Source of the DNA: a virus
Taxonomy: Duplodnaviria; Caudoviricetes
DNA: 64,000 bases
Virus record (IMG/VR): IMGVR_UViG_2645727839_000001
Location: 51,469 to 115,468 of that record
Direction: 5' to 3' (one strand)
Shown: piece after piece, positions 39,630 to 48,918 of the stretch
Layout of the letters: the number at the start of each line of letters is the position of its first letter
How positions within the stretch are numbered: position 1 is the stretch's first letter
Notes under the pieces: generated by a model
Seen by the model: only the letters and a program-made list of their open reading frames with translations
What the model was told of the DNA's origin: nothing
Databases searched by the model: none
Program-made: the position numbers and the translations under genes

Positions 39630-40673
39630 TTAACCTTCGTTAAAGAGTTCGCCACTCGCGAATGAAATACCGTAGACCTCATTTGTCAGAGTCATTGTAA
39701 TCTTACTTGGCTTAGTAAGATCTTTCACCGTAAATGCAGCCTCAATTTCAATTGGAGCCGTAGGCTTCTTAGCAAGTTCTGTCGCAACAGACGCCACAAT
39801 ATTTGATTTAAGCGTATCGAAATCAACTGTCTTACTTGGAACTGCTATCCACTGACTGTTCTCCATGTTAACGGAATCAATTAAGATCTTAGAACCTGGC
39901 AAATTATGCTCATGTGGACCTTCTGTCATAGATACGCCATACAGTGAACCGTATGAGCCAGGATTGTCAAAATCTGCGACCAATTCGGCATATTTAGCTT
40001 TAGCGAAAATTTCAGCATCCTTACCTTGGAATTTTTCGCTTTCTACTCCGCCTCTAATAACCCCGTCAGTGTCCACATAATAGCCATATATTTTGGACAC
40101 AACATATTGAAGTTCAGGCGTTACAACCGTCTCGCGTTCAATTTCAACAACCGTGTCATCGGGTTTTGTAATGACAATTCGATGGATGTTATCGCCACTG
40201 CAATTAATACCAAAGTAAAGATACTCTTTGGCATCTTTTGTAAAATACATAGCGGCCGTTACTGGGGCTCCTTTTGGGAACTCCGATTGCCATTTTGTAA
40301 TAAGAGAATCAAAATGGTCGGCTGTTGGCACTGCTAAATGTATCTCTTTAATTTTGCCACCTGATACTGTCTCAAGACGAATAACACCCAGTTCCCAAGA
40401 TACGTCGTCATCAGCATTTAAATTGGAGCTATAGCAAAAGTACTTCGCAAATTTAGTTGTAATATATTTGCCGAGAAAAACACTCATCTCATTGGTGTCT
40501 GTTTTTGCAATAGCCTTTTGCACTTCAAGGTCAAAAGCTCCACCTTTTAATGTCTCAGCCAGCGGCGCATAGTCACTCAATGACGTTAGAATATCGCCGT
40601 TCGTGCTTGGCTTGTCATGACAATTCCTGCAAGCACCATCAAATGTATGTTCGACTATTAAGTGATGTGACAT
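39630..40673 (-). CDS. hypothetical moron protein with N-terminal CxxCH
   Basis: AGGAG RBS before MSHH; CRNCH; own terminator at 39560-39586. Confidence 0.75.
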   Translation of the reverse strand: MSHHLIVEHTFDGACRNCHDKPSTNGDILTSLSDYAPLAETLKGGAFDLEVQKAIAKTDTNEMSVFLGKYITTKFAKYFCYSSNLNADDDVSWELGVIRLETVSGGKIKEIHLAVPTADHFDSLITKWQSEFPKGAPVTAAMYFTKDAKEYLYFGINCSGDNIHRIVITKPDDTVVEIERETVVTPELQYVVSKIYGYYVDTDGVIRGGVESEKFQGKDAEIFAKAKYAELVADFDNPGSYGSLYGVSMTEGPHEHNLPGSKILIDSVNMENSQWIAVPSKTVDFDTLKSNIVASVATELAKKPTAPIEIEAAFTVKDLTKPSKITMTLTNEVYGISFASGELFNEG

Positions 40674-40993
40674 TTTTACGCTCCTAAAATGAACTCTCAA
40701 AAGAGGTGTTTCGTTGATAGTTAAGTCACCACTAACTTATCAATCTATTAGGAGGAAGTCGGGGCATGTTCTTCGCATTCGTGACATAGACATAAAAACG
40801 CCTGAAAGGGACTGCAAGTACCAGAATTGGGATCGTGTGGACCCAAATAAACTACGTCTCCGAAATCGACTGCCTTTTCACAATTGCTACATTCATATTG
40901 CATTTTACATAACCGTATTTAACTTAAAATAAACTATACGCACCAATCGTACCGAGCTGAGAATGCGATTCTCAGACACGGTACGTTGTAGCT

Positions 40994-41221
40994 CTAGCTT
41001 ATCTTCACTTTAGGAAGACCAATACGCTGTAAATCTTTCGCGATATCTTGAGCTTGTTTTTCTGTGAGTCTGTTTGTATTCATGCGAGTCAGCTTGTTTA
41101 ACTGACGGGAAAGAATACGAGTGGCCAAACGTTCCGCCACCACCTGCCACGGAAGCTTCTTAAATGCGAAGCCCAATAGGTCTTTGCTTAAGCCGTATAG
41201 AATTGATTCCATCTGCCCCAC
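40994..41221 (-). CDS. small lysis-region protein (holin-like?)
   Basis: immediately downstream of endolysin; AAGGAG RBS. Confidence 0.5.
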   Translation of the reverse strand: MGQMESILYGLSKDLLGFAFKKLPWQVVAERLATRILSRQLNKLTRMNTNRLTEKQAQDIAKDLQRIGLPKVKIS

Positions 41222-41224
41222 TCC

Positions 41225-41671
41225 TTAAAGTAATTCATACTTTGTTTTGCCGTTCAACCTTGTTGCTTTCAATGCTTGCTTGCGTGGCAAACCGATATGA
41301 ACCCAACTGTCATACTCGTTAATCACTTGGTCATAGCCGTTAGCTTCTTCAATAATGAACTGGACGACCTGAGCAACGGTTAGTCCTGGCACTCGGAAGT
41401 CAGCCGCTAGTCCTTTCATGTGAGAAGAGGTTCGACTACCTTTGATTGCCGTGTTTAGAGCTGGCGTTCGATAGCCGGATGACACGATGATCTGAAATTC
41501 ACGATCAAACTTCTCTTTCAATTTGTTTCTTAAGCCTTGAAGCCACCAAGCTGTATTACGTAGGTGTACTTCATGCTCTCTGCTAACAGGGACATTAAGC
41601 AGCCCTAGTTCGTCAGCCTTAGACGAGCGGAGCAATTCCCTGCGACTGATGTTTTCTGGATATTCCATCAT
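41225..41671 (-). CDS. endolysin, peptidase M15 family
   Basis: SSGYRT..LN..IKG...SSH..G.AADF, WVHIG. Confidence 0.9.
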   Translation of the reverse strand: MMEYPENISRRELLRSSKADELGLLNVPVSREHEVHLRNTAWWLQGLRNKLKEKFDREFQIIVSSGYRTPALNTAIKGSRTSSHMKGLAADFRVPGLTVAQVVQFIIEEANGYDQVINEYDSWVHIGLPRKQALKATRLNGKTKYELL

Positions 41672-41678
41672 TCTCCCT

Positions 41679-41694
41679 AAGTCACTGGTGACTT
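41679..41694. promoter_or_regulatory. 16-bp operator-like site upstream of endolysin
   Basis: AAGTCACTGGTGACTT. Confidence 0.75.
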
Positions 41695-41734
41695 ACTATT
41701 CATACAAAAATAAAAGGGGCGCAACGCCCCTAGT

Positions 41735-42019
41735 TTAAAGCCCTTGACGTTTTTGTTTAATCAAAGCCGACATTCTTGCCTCTTCAAGAGGAAACGGGGT
41801 TGCTACTGGCCTACCTGCTCTTTCCAGATGCGCAGCAATCGCCTCATCGATAAACTCATCGATAAGATTGGTTTCTGACCTGATCTTATCGAGCTTACAT
41901 TTAGATACCCAAATGTTGGCGCAGACAATATCTCTCTTACCTGCTTCTTCTTTTAAAATTTTCTGACGTTGACGTGAGCGTTTTACAATTTCACTTCTAG
42001 TAAAAGGTTGGTGATTCAT
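41735..42019 (-). CDS. small basic protein (RHH-like?)
   Basis: 94 aa; preceded by operator TAGTCACCTGTGACTT at 42032. Confidence 0.6.
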   Translation of the reverse strand: MNHQPFTRSEIVKRSRQRQKILKEEAGKRDIVCANIWVSKCKLDKIRSETNLIDEFIDEAIAAHLERAGRPVATPFPLEEARMSALIKQKRQGL

Positions 42020-42097
42020 TTTTATCCCTTTTAGTCACCTGTGACTTATCATTGTTTACCAAAGCTAAACCAAGAGAACTTATAAGTAAAGTTCTGG

Positions 42098-43390
42098 TCA
42101 GACGTCTATATATTTGTGGTTATTAATATTTGTATCAATTTGTGTAAACTTATTTTGGTTTATTACATTTCCATCTAAGTACTTGATTGTTTGTTCACCT
42201 ATAAACTGTAATCCGCTCAATGTTTCATGATCAGTACCGGGATGCTTTGAAACATTTAGCCACGCTTCTTTTTTCACGGCGCACATTTTGTACTCAAACT
42301 GGTAAGTGTTTCGACTCACTTCTTCCTGCAATGCTGAATCCTCAAGCATGAAGGCAAAGTTGTCGCTACTGATACCCATCTGGCGACACTTGAGAGATAA
42401 CCGGCTTGCCATCACTTCTGTCATACCTGTTTGCACAACTCGATACTCTTTAGGAAGTACTTTGTACCCCTCTTGATTCTTAGTGCCGTACAGTTCAAGC
42501 ATTTTCTTAACCACTCGAATTGTTTCTGTAACGCTCTCTGAGCTATCGGGACAAATATATAGTGTAAGATTCTTTTCTCTAGCTAAACGCTTTATGTCGT
42601 CGCATACGAGAAGCGAGAAGCAGCTCCAAACGTTGTACGTGTCGATAATACAAATGACATCGCTATAATCGGGTAGCTCTTCAAGGTACTTGAGATAATC
42701 TTTCTCACTTTGCCAACCGATTATCACGTTGTGCTCAAGCAAGTATCGACGTGGCGCAAATCTTAATGGTCGTTCGTAATACTGCTCTAGGAAAAGGTCT
42801 GCACTGATAGAGTCAAACGATGGGAACGCCAGCTTGGTGGCAGAAGATGCCAACTCACACGACATGCTAGGGCAAGCTCGTCCGGTGATGTCATACACGA
42901 TCTTGTGCTCGTCGTGACCAGATAGACTCTTCCAATCATCCAGTATCTCGCGAATCCCCATCATCTTGGTTAGCATTGTCGATGGGTACCAAATTGAACG
43001 CAGCAACAAACTATCCAACTGGTATAGAAGCCAGATAAAGTCTGACGAGTAGCATTCCACCGTCAGCATTACCTCACCGCCTGGCACAAACAATCCTTCC
43101 TCCACAGAACGAATTGAAATAGGCAGATAACCCCCATGATCTTTGACGATTCTCTCCCACCCTTTGATGAACTCTAGATCTCGCTCACCTCGAGCAGCGA
43201 GAACTCTCTTAGCTTCATTTAAGTGGTCTTGGGTTACTGGTTGCTTTAGGAATTGTTGTACGAACGCAGAGATACCAAAGAAATAGCAGTCCTTCTTTGC
43301 TCTCAAGTAAAACTGTGCCGCCTTAATCTCTCGATCGATCAAGTCACGGTTCAATACTTTCGCAGCATCACACGCCAATATCAGATTCAT
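42098..43390 (-). CDS. divergent NAMPT/NadV-like phosphoribosyltransferase (paralogue 1)
   Basis: FFGI..F..Q.L..P.T, GW..I...HGGYLPI.I..V.EG, IWYPST, EH, DTYN, PDS; several catalytic residues altered. Confidence 0.85.
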   Translation of the reverse strand: MNLILACDAAKVLNRDLIDREIKAAQFYLRAKKDCYFFGISAFVQQFLKQPVTQDHLNEAKRVLAARGERDLEFIKGWERIVKDHGGYLPISIRSVEEGLFVPGGEVMLTVECYSSDFIWLLYQLDSLLLRSIWYPSTMLTKMMGIREILDDWKSLSGHDEHKIVYDITGRACPSMSCELASSATKLAFPSFDSISADLFLEQYYERPLRFAPRRYLLEHNVIIGWQSEKDYLKYLEELPDYSDVICIIDTYNVWSCFSLLVCDDIKRLAREKNLTLYICPDSSESVTETIRVVKKMLELYGTKNQEGYKVLPKEYRVVQTGMTEVMASRLSLKCRQMGISSDNFAFMLEDSALQEEVSRNTYQFEYKMCAVKKEAWLNVSKHPGTDHETLSGLQFIGEQTIKYLDGNVINQNKFTQIDTNINNHKYIDV

Positions 43391-44733
43391 AGACTCACCT
43401 CTTCACACTTGCACTTAAAGCGATGACTCACCACTCGATACTTTTCCAAGTTCAACATGCCATTTTCATACATCACCAATCCATCAATGCTTTGAACACC
43501 ACTTAGAGTTTTCTTGCCCGCATCATGTTTTGGATTTTTACAGACACCGGTTGTTTTCCCTGAATGCTTCACTGCGCAGATTTTCTGGATGAAACCTAAC
43601 TCTGCTCTTTGCAATCCAGTTTGGAAATAGTCATCTGACAGGACAAAGAAGAATGAATCGAGTGACCACTTCTCTTGCTCAAGACGATAGATAAGGCGTT
43701 TTAATTGGTCGATGCTTAGATCTTCTGACTGAGAAAGAATGATTGGCGCAGCAAACGACTTGTATCCTTTTTCGTTAACTGTGTGACCGAATGTTTCCTC
43801 CAACATATCTCTAACGAGGAAGAAATCTCGTTCGATGTTGGTTGAGTCAATAGCCATAGATACAGCATGAGATCGGTTGGCAATCTCGCTCTTAAACTTC
43901 TTACCTACCAACTCATTCAACACGTATTCATAGTTGTAGGTATCTAACATGAAATGACACCAACGATGTGGGTAAGCATCTAGTGTTTTACGAATCAGGG
44001 CTTCTTCATTGCCAACGTGTGCCAAAACACAAGCATGATCTTGAACGACATCAAATTCGACCATGAACTTTTCCGTTCGATACATATTGGTAAGCTGACG
44101 AGCGGCTTTAGTTGTAAGGCAGCCGGGAAAGGCCATGCCTAGTATGCTCTGTAAGATGCCAGTCGCATGAGCTGTCCCTAAATCACCGCCACTTCCTGCT
44201 TTGTAATCCGCCATGAATGGGTACAACGATGTCTTCTCGCCATACCAAGACAGTAAACGCCTAGCTCGAGCCGTCTTCAAAGCGATTGTGCTGTCATGCC
44301 ACACACAGGCAAGAAGAAGCTTATCAACCATAGAGGGAAGCATTGGGTAATTGGTATCAGTACTTTCGATTAGATAGATAGGTTCGCCAGCCTTAACGAG
44401 TGAACCCTCTGGTAGTGCTGTGATTTTTACAGGTAGATAACCACCCTGCTCTAGAATCGATTCCCAAAACTCTCGAGGGAAATACTCATTCGCCAACGCT
44501 GCAGCCGATTCTATCTGTTCTTGAGTAATAGGCTTAGCCAGAAACTCTTGAATGAAACGATGAACACCGAATACAGGGATAAGCTCATCTTCCTGACCCC
44601 AGACTCGAGCGCAACCATACGCTTGAGTCCATTCTAATGTCTCAGGTGTCACATTGAGATAAGCCAGCTTCTTACTTTCAATCGCCTCAATTATGCTCAC
44701 GCTTCTTTCCTCGCACGTACTTTTGGAACTCAA
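43387..44733 (-). CDS. divergent NAMPT/NadV-like phosphoribosyltransferase (paralogue 2)
   Basis: VFGV..FI.E.L.KPIT, GGYLPVKI.ALPEGS, DTYN, N.KGYK, K.P..D.GKK. Confidence 0.85.
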   Translation of the reverse strand: MSSKSTCEERSVSIIEAIESKKLAYLNVTPETLEWTQAYGCARVWGQEDELIPVFGVHRFIQEFLAKPITQEQIESAAALANEYFPREFWESILEQGGYLPVKITALPEGSLVKAGEPIYLIESTDTNYPMLPSMVDKLLLACVWHDSTIALKTARARRLLSWYGEKTSLYPFMADYKAGSGGDLGTAHATGILQSILGMAFPGCLTTKAARQLTNMYRTEKFMVEFDVVQDHACVLAHVGNEEALIRKTLDAYPHRWCHFMLDTYNYEYVLNELVGKKFKSEIANRSHAVSMAIDSTNIERDFFLVRDMLEETFGHTVNEKGYKSFAAPIILSQSEDLSIDQLKRLIYRLEQEKWSLDSFFFVLSDDYFQTGLQRAELGFIQKICAVKHSGKTTGVCKNPKHDAGKKTLSGVQSIDGLVMYENGMLNLEKYRVVSHRFKCKCEEVSL

Positions 44734-45628
44734 CGAATTGACCGCAACCGGTTACCAGATGATTATCGCCGGAGGTCATCGGGCCATAGAACGGCAGTAC
44801 CTCGTCATACCCCATGTTTCTCAACACATCGCAGAACTGATCCACCAGCAAGTTAGCTGCCTTCTCACCATCTGGATTTTCAGTACCGTTCTTGCTGTAG
44901 AGAAATTGAATACAAGGAATCCAAACGTCAGGGTCAAAGGTTTCTAGCATCAACTCTGCCGTTTCCTGACTCTGTTCTTTGTTGAAGATGTTGTATGAGA
45001 AGCTGAGTTTATTGGTGGGATTGATATCAAACAACTCTTTGCCGAGCTTTACTATCTCGAGCATCGTTAGCTTGTCGTTAAGCGGAATAAGGTTGTTACG
45101 TTCGATGTAATCCATCTTATGAATTGAAAAGCTAAGAAGAAGTCTCTCACCGAAATCGCGCTGCCAACCCTTCACTAAATCGTAATCGCAATGCAATGGG
45201 CCAATCGAGCTAACAAGCATCATCCAATCTGGATAGTGCTTCACGATGTATCGCATGGCTTTGTCTACTTCAACCACGTTAAGTAGCGGTTCGCCCATGT
45301 ACATCCACTTCACAAACTTAAGTGAGTATTCTGATAGGTCGCCCATGTCATCGATCATCTCTTCAAATTGAGCAATCAATTCATTGGCAGTGGCAGGTCT
45401 TAAGTGGATTCCGTTTGTGCCGCACATTCTGCAGCCGACTGGACAGCCTGAATGTGTAGAAAGATAGATAGAGGCATCATGGCCATTGTGTTTTTTCCAC
45501 CAGTGACCTTCAAACAGAGATTGTCTGTCTAAGCCTTCAAAAGTGAACTTCGATACCATTCTATCAGGCGTGTGAACGGCTCTAATTTCCGCATAGAGAC
45601 TAGAGCCGTTTATTGTTTCCCATTCCAT
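44687..45628 (-). CDS. RlmN/Cfr-like radical SAM enzyme
   Basis: GCPVGCRMC (CxxxCxxC), MYMGEPLLN, SIH, C-terminal GCGQ. Confidence 0.85.
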   Translation of the reverse strand: MEWETINGSSLYAEIRAVHTPDRMVSKFTFEGLDRQSLFEGHWWKKHNGHDASIYLSTHSGCPVGCRMCGTNGIHLRPATANELIAQFEEMIDDMGDLSEYSLKFVKWMYMGEPLLNVVEVDKAMRYIVKHYPDWMMLVSSIGPLHCDYDLVKGWQRDFGERLLLSFSIHKMDYIERNNLIPLNDKLTMLEIVKLGKELFDINPTNKLSFSYNIFNKEQSQETAELMLETFDPDVWIPCIQFLYSKNGTENPDGEKAANLLVDQFCDVLRNMGYDEVLPFYGPMTSGDNHLVTGCGQFVEFQKYVRGKKREHN

Positions 45629-45643
45629 TCTTATTTCCGTGTT

Positions 45644-45659
45644 AAGTCACTGGTGACTT
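45644..45659. promoter_or_regulatory. 16-bp operator-like site upstream of radical SAM gene
   Basis: AAGTCACTGGTGACTT. Confidence 0.75.
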
Positions 45660-45690
45660 ATTCTATCAGCAATAAGAAAAGGATTGCCAG

Positions 45691-48600
45691 TTATACGAAA
45701 GAAGCTTCCTTCCAATCAGACCAACTTCCTGCAGTATTGGCTAATGAGCGAACCCATACTTTGAAATGTAGAAACTTATCCGAATCGTCGTAAACGTTAG
45801 CTTTGTAGGTTTGAATGAACCCCTCACCTGCTGACGAACAAACTAGCTGACCCAATGCACCCTTTTCAGGATACCCATTAGCAACCGTAGCGTACTGCTT
45901 ATGCTTCTGAGTAAAGACTGCATCACCTTTGAGAGTATCTAGGCTTGCACCCTCCAACTCACCCGGATTCTTCAATGTAAGCTCAAGCTGAGTATCGATG
46001 TTTCCGGTGTGAAGCATAGTGTATTTGGTTCTGTTGTCGCTGATCATGACAGTTGGATCGGTCTTCGAGTAAAACTGTAGCGGCACTCGACTAGCACCAA
46101 CTTCTAGATCCCCATCAGTACCCGGAGTCATCTTGATAACTTCGTGCCAATCAGGTGAGCCACCGTCATCTTTTGATTTGACGCGAAGCGGTACATTGTT
46201 CTCTAGTAAAATATCACCATTAGAGCCAACGTATAACGTGCCATCTACATCGCCACCAGCAAGCGGCAGATACTCACCAAACTTGGCAATCAAATCTGTC
46301 TGATTATCAATAGTGCCAATGATAGAACCCCAAGAGCTACCACCACTTGCAATATCGATGTTGCCGTTTTCATCAGGGGATGCATTGTTGATGGTCAGAA
46401 CGAGACGTTTTTCAATGCCACCGACACTTTCCCAAATAGGCACCGTTGTACCTGCGTACAAAGCACCATCGTTCGCACCAAAGCCTTTAATGAATGCACC
46501 CATTACGCCGTGATAACCAAACATTGCGCTATCGCTAGCCACTCGAACAGAGCCAGCTAGAATTTTCTTGAAACCTACATCGATATCACCGTCTGTGTTT
46601 GTTCGAACCACATCAGAGAGATCCGCTTTCAATGCATACAGAGCCAGCTTATCAATTAGGTCTTTCTGAGCATTGATGTCTCCACTGATATATCCCCAAC
46701 GAGCAGGGTTAACGCCAATGTCTAGGTGAACCCACTCGTTACCTGCATCTTTAGACCACATGATAAGGTCACCGCGAGACACATCCATCTTAATGCCAGT
46801 ACAGATTTCAAAGTCTGGATTAGCGACTGTTACAACATAAGCGACACCGCTAGGCTTATCATCTGGCGACTCAAGGTTAGGTGCTACACCACACTCAAGA
46901 GTGGTATTTAACGCATCACCAGTAATCGCATTGGTCATTGCGTCTAGATAGCCACGTACACGAATGAATTCAGGTGTTTCATGATGGAAGTATTCCCAAC
47001 CATTTCCTGTCGGGTTAACACGAATGGATTTACCCACATTTCCTTCTTTGCCCGAAATGACAGGTTCAGCTTGAATACTCTCAGGTGTTAATCCGTGTGG
47101 GTTAACTTCTTTCTCATGGTTATGAAGCTCAGTTGTAAGAGCTGCCAATGCCAATTTACTTGCAGCACCAATGATATCTGTCGTTACACCGTGAGGGTTA
47201 GTCGCAAGTAAGTGGTTATCAAAGACTGTATTTGATAACGCATCGATCATGTCAGGCGTAATCTTATGCGGATTAATTACCTGCAAGTGGCTACTAAAGG
47301 TAGAAATAGGCAATGCGCCAATTTGACCAGGCTGTAAATCAATGCGACCACCACCAGTAGGAGGATTAACACCATTGATTGAAGTAACCGCAGATTGACT
47401 TACCCATTGGCCATCGCTAATACCATAGAAGCCGCCTAGCATTGGGGCTTTGCTCTGGTACTTGGCAAGTTCGGTCTGTAAGTCTAACTGGTTAGCGATG
47501 TCACCTGCGATAAAGCCCCACTCAGCCTTGCCGCCGCCAGATGAAGGATTGAAGTATTCCCAACCTGTGCCTTGCGCGTTTACTCGAATTGATTTGCCGA
47601 TGTTAAGCGGTTTGTTTTCAATTACAGGCTCTCGCTGACTAAGAGCAGAGGCTAAATCTAGCTGCTTCTCGATGTCACCTTTAATTTCGCCCCATTCCAG
47701 AACAGGAACAGCCGGAATAAAATACTCCCAACCATCACCAGTACTATTCACTCGGATAGTCTTACCAACGTTCCCTTTCTTGTCAGCAATCTCAGGTTCG
47801 GCTCCAACATTCAAAGCAGTCAGTAGAACTTTACCGCCTCCGATTGGCGCCTCGATGTCGTTGATTTGGGTGACAGGGTTGCGCTCAGTCCATACGCCAT
47901 TAAGAACACCAACAAAAGATGGTCCAATAGGCGCAGCTACTTGTTTTAGGTTAAGTGCGTCTTGAAGGTCTGCTTGGTTGGCAATATCACCAATGATCGT
48001 TCCCCAAGCCGGTTCTTGCGAAGCTGGCGTGTAGAACTCCCAATTGTTGCCCGTGGCATCAACTCGAATTGCTTTGCCTACGTTAGTGGCCTTGTCTGCA
48101 ATAACAGGTTCTTTTCCATCTAGCTTAGCCATAAGGTCTAGCTGATCTTCAATTACACCTGCAATAGCACCCCATTTAGCACCATCTTGATCACCTACAA
48201 CAAAATATTCCCAACCGTCACCTCGATTGTTAACACGAATTCCTTTACCTACGTTATTAGGTTTGTCTTGAATAAAGGGTTCCATGCCTTGGCGAGACTG
48301 CATGATGATTGATTCAACCGCAGAGCGAGTAAGCGCGTAGGCAAAGTCTGTTGTGTCGGAGTGTCCGGCTGTTAACGCTTTACCATCTCGAGCTAATGCA
48401 CCGACATTGACGTAATCAATCTGAACATTGCCCTGTAGATCTGGTAATTCACCGTTAACGCTGTGTACGCTGCTGCCTACACCACCTTTAACAACCTGCC
48501 ACTTGCGATCTTGTCTTGCATACTGACGACCATCTTGTGGAGCTTCTTCGACACCCCAAGTAACTTCCATACCATGACGATTGAACGCCACAAGCAATTC

Positions 48601-48867
48601 GTTAATTGAGATTTCGCGAGGTGTGTATTCGTCTATTACGATAGTGCCACGATCTAGTTGATCACGACCCTTAGTGATAGTGACACGGTAACGCCCATAG
48701 TGAGCGATTAGAGTGTAATTGCCATCCTTGTCGCTTTTACAGCTAACATTTGTGGAGTCAATTACATCGTAAGAAGTGAGGGATGCGGTCAAGGATACAT
48801 TGCCGAATGGAACAGGCTTGCCATCTGGCCCCTTGAGCACCCCTTTGATTGTAATGTAGCTACTCAT
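45691..48867 (-). CDS. tail fibre / side-fibre protein with internal repeats
   Basis: Stf-like N-terminus (I.GVLK.PDGKP), EAP.DG..YAR.D..W, repeated WGxIxG..Q.DL and NVGKxIRV..WEY. Confidence 0.8.
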   Translation of the reverse strand: MSSYITIKGVLKGPDGKPVPFGNVSLTASLTSYDVIDSTNVSCKSDKDGNYTLIAHYGRYRVTITKGRDQLDRGTIVIDEYTPREISINELLVAFNRHGMEVTWGVEEAPQDGRQYARQDRKWQVVKGGVGSSVHSVNGELPDLQGNVQIDYVNVGALARDGKALTAGHSDTTDFAYALTRSAVESIIMQSRQGMEPFIQDKPNNVGKGIRVNNRGDGWEYFVVGDQDGAKWGAIAGVIEDQLDLMAKLDGKEPVIADKATNVGKAIRVDATGNNWEFYTPASQEPAWGTIIGDIANQADLQDALNLKQVAAPIGPSFVGVLNGVWTERNPVTQINDIEAPIGGGKVLLTALNVGAEPEIADKKGNVGKTIRVNSTGDGWEYFIPAVPVLEWGEIKGDIEKQLDLASALSQREPVIENKPLNIGKSIRVNAQGTGWEYFNPSSGGGKAEWGFIAGDIANQLDLQTELAKYQSKAPMLGGFYGISDGQWVSQSAVTSINGVNPPTGGGRIDLQPGQIGALPISTFSSHLQVINPHKITPDMIDALSNTVFDNHLLATNPHGVTTDIIGAASKLALAALTTELHNHEKEVNPHGLTPESIQAEPVISGKEGNVGKSIRVNPTGNGWEYFHHETPEFIRVRGYLDAMTNAITGDALNTTLECGVAPNLESPDDKPSGVAYVVTVANPDFEICTGIKMDVSRGDLIMWSKDAGNEWVHLDIGVNPARWGYISGDINAQKDLIDKLALYALKADLSDVVRTNTDGDIDVGFKKILAGSVRVASDSAMFGYHGVMGAFIKGFGANDGALYAGTTVPIWESVGGIEKRLVLTINNASPDENGNIDIASGGSSWGSIIGTIDNQTDLIAKFGEYLPLAGGDVDGTLYVGSNGDILLENNVPLRVKSKDDGGSPDWHEVIKMTPGTDGDLEVGASRVPLQFYSKTDPTVMISDNRTKYTMLHTGNIDTQLELTLKNPGELEGASLDTLKGDAVFTQKHKQYATVANGYPEKGALGQLVCSSAGEGFIQTYKANVYDDSDKFLHFKVWVRSLANTAGSWSDWKEASFV

Positions 48868-48880
48868 TTAATTCACCCTA

Positions 48881-48910
48881 TAGAGATAAGTCACCAATGA
48901 CTTATCTCTA
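48881..48910. promoter_or_regulatory. extended palindrome containing the operator core
   Basis: TAGAGATAAGTCACCAATGACTTATCTCTA. Confidence 0.75.
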
Positions 48911-48918
48911 ATAGTAAA

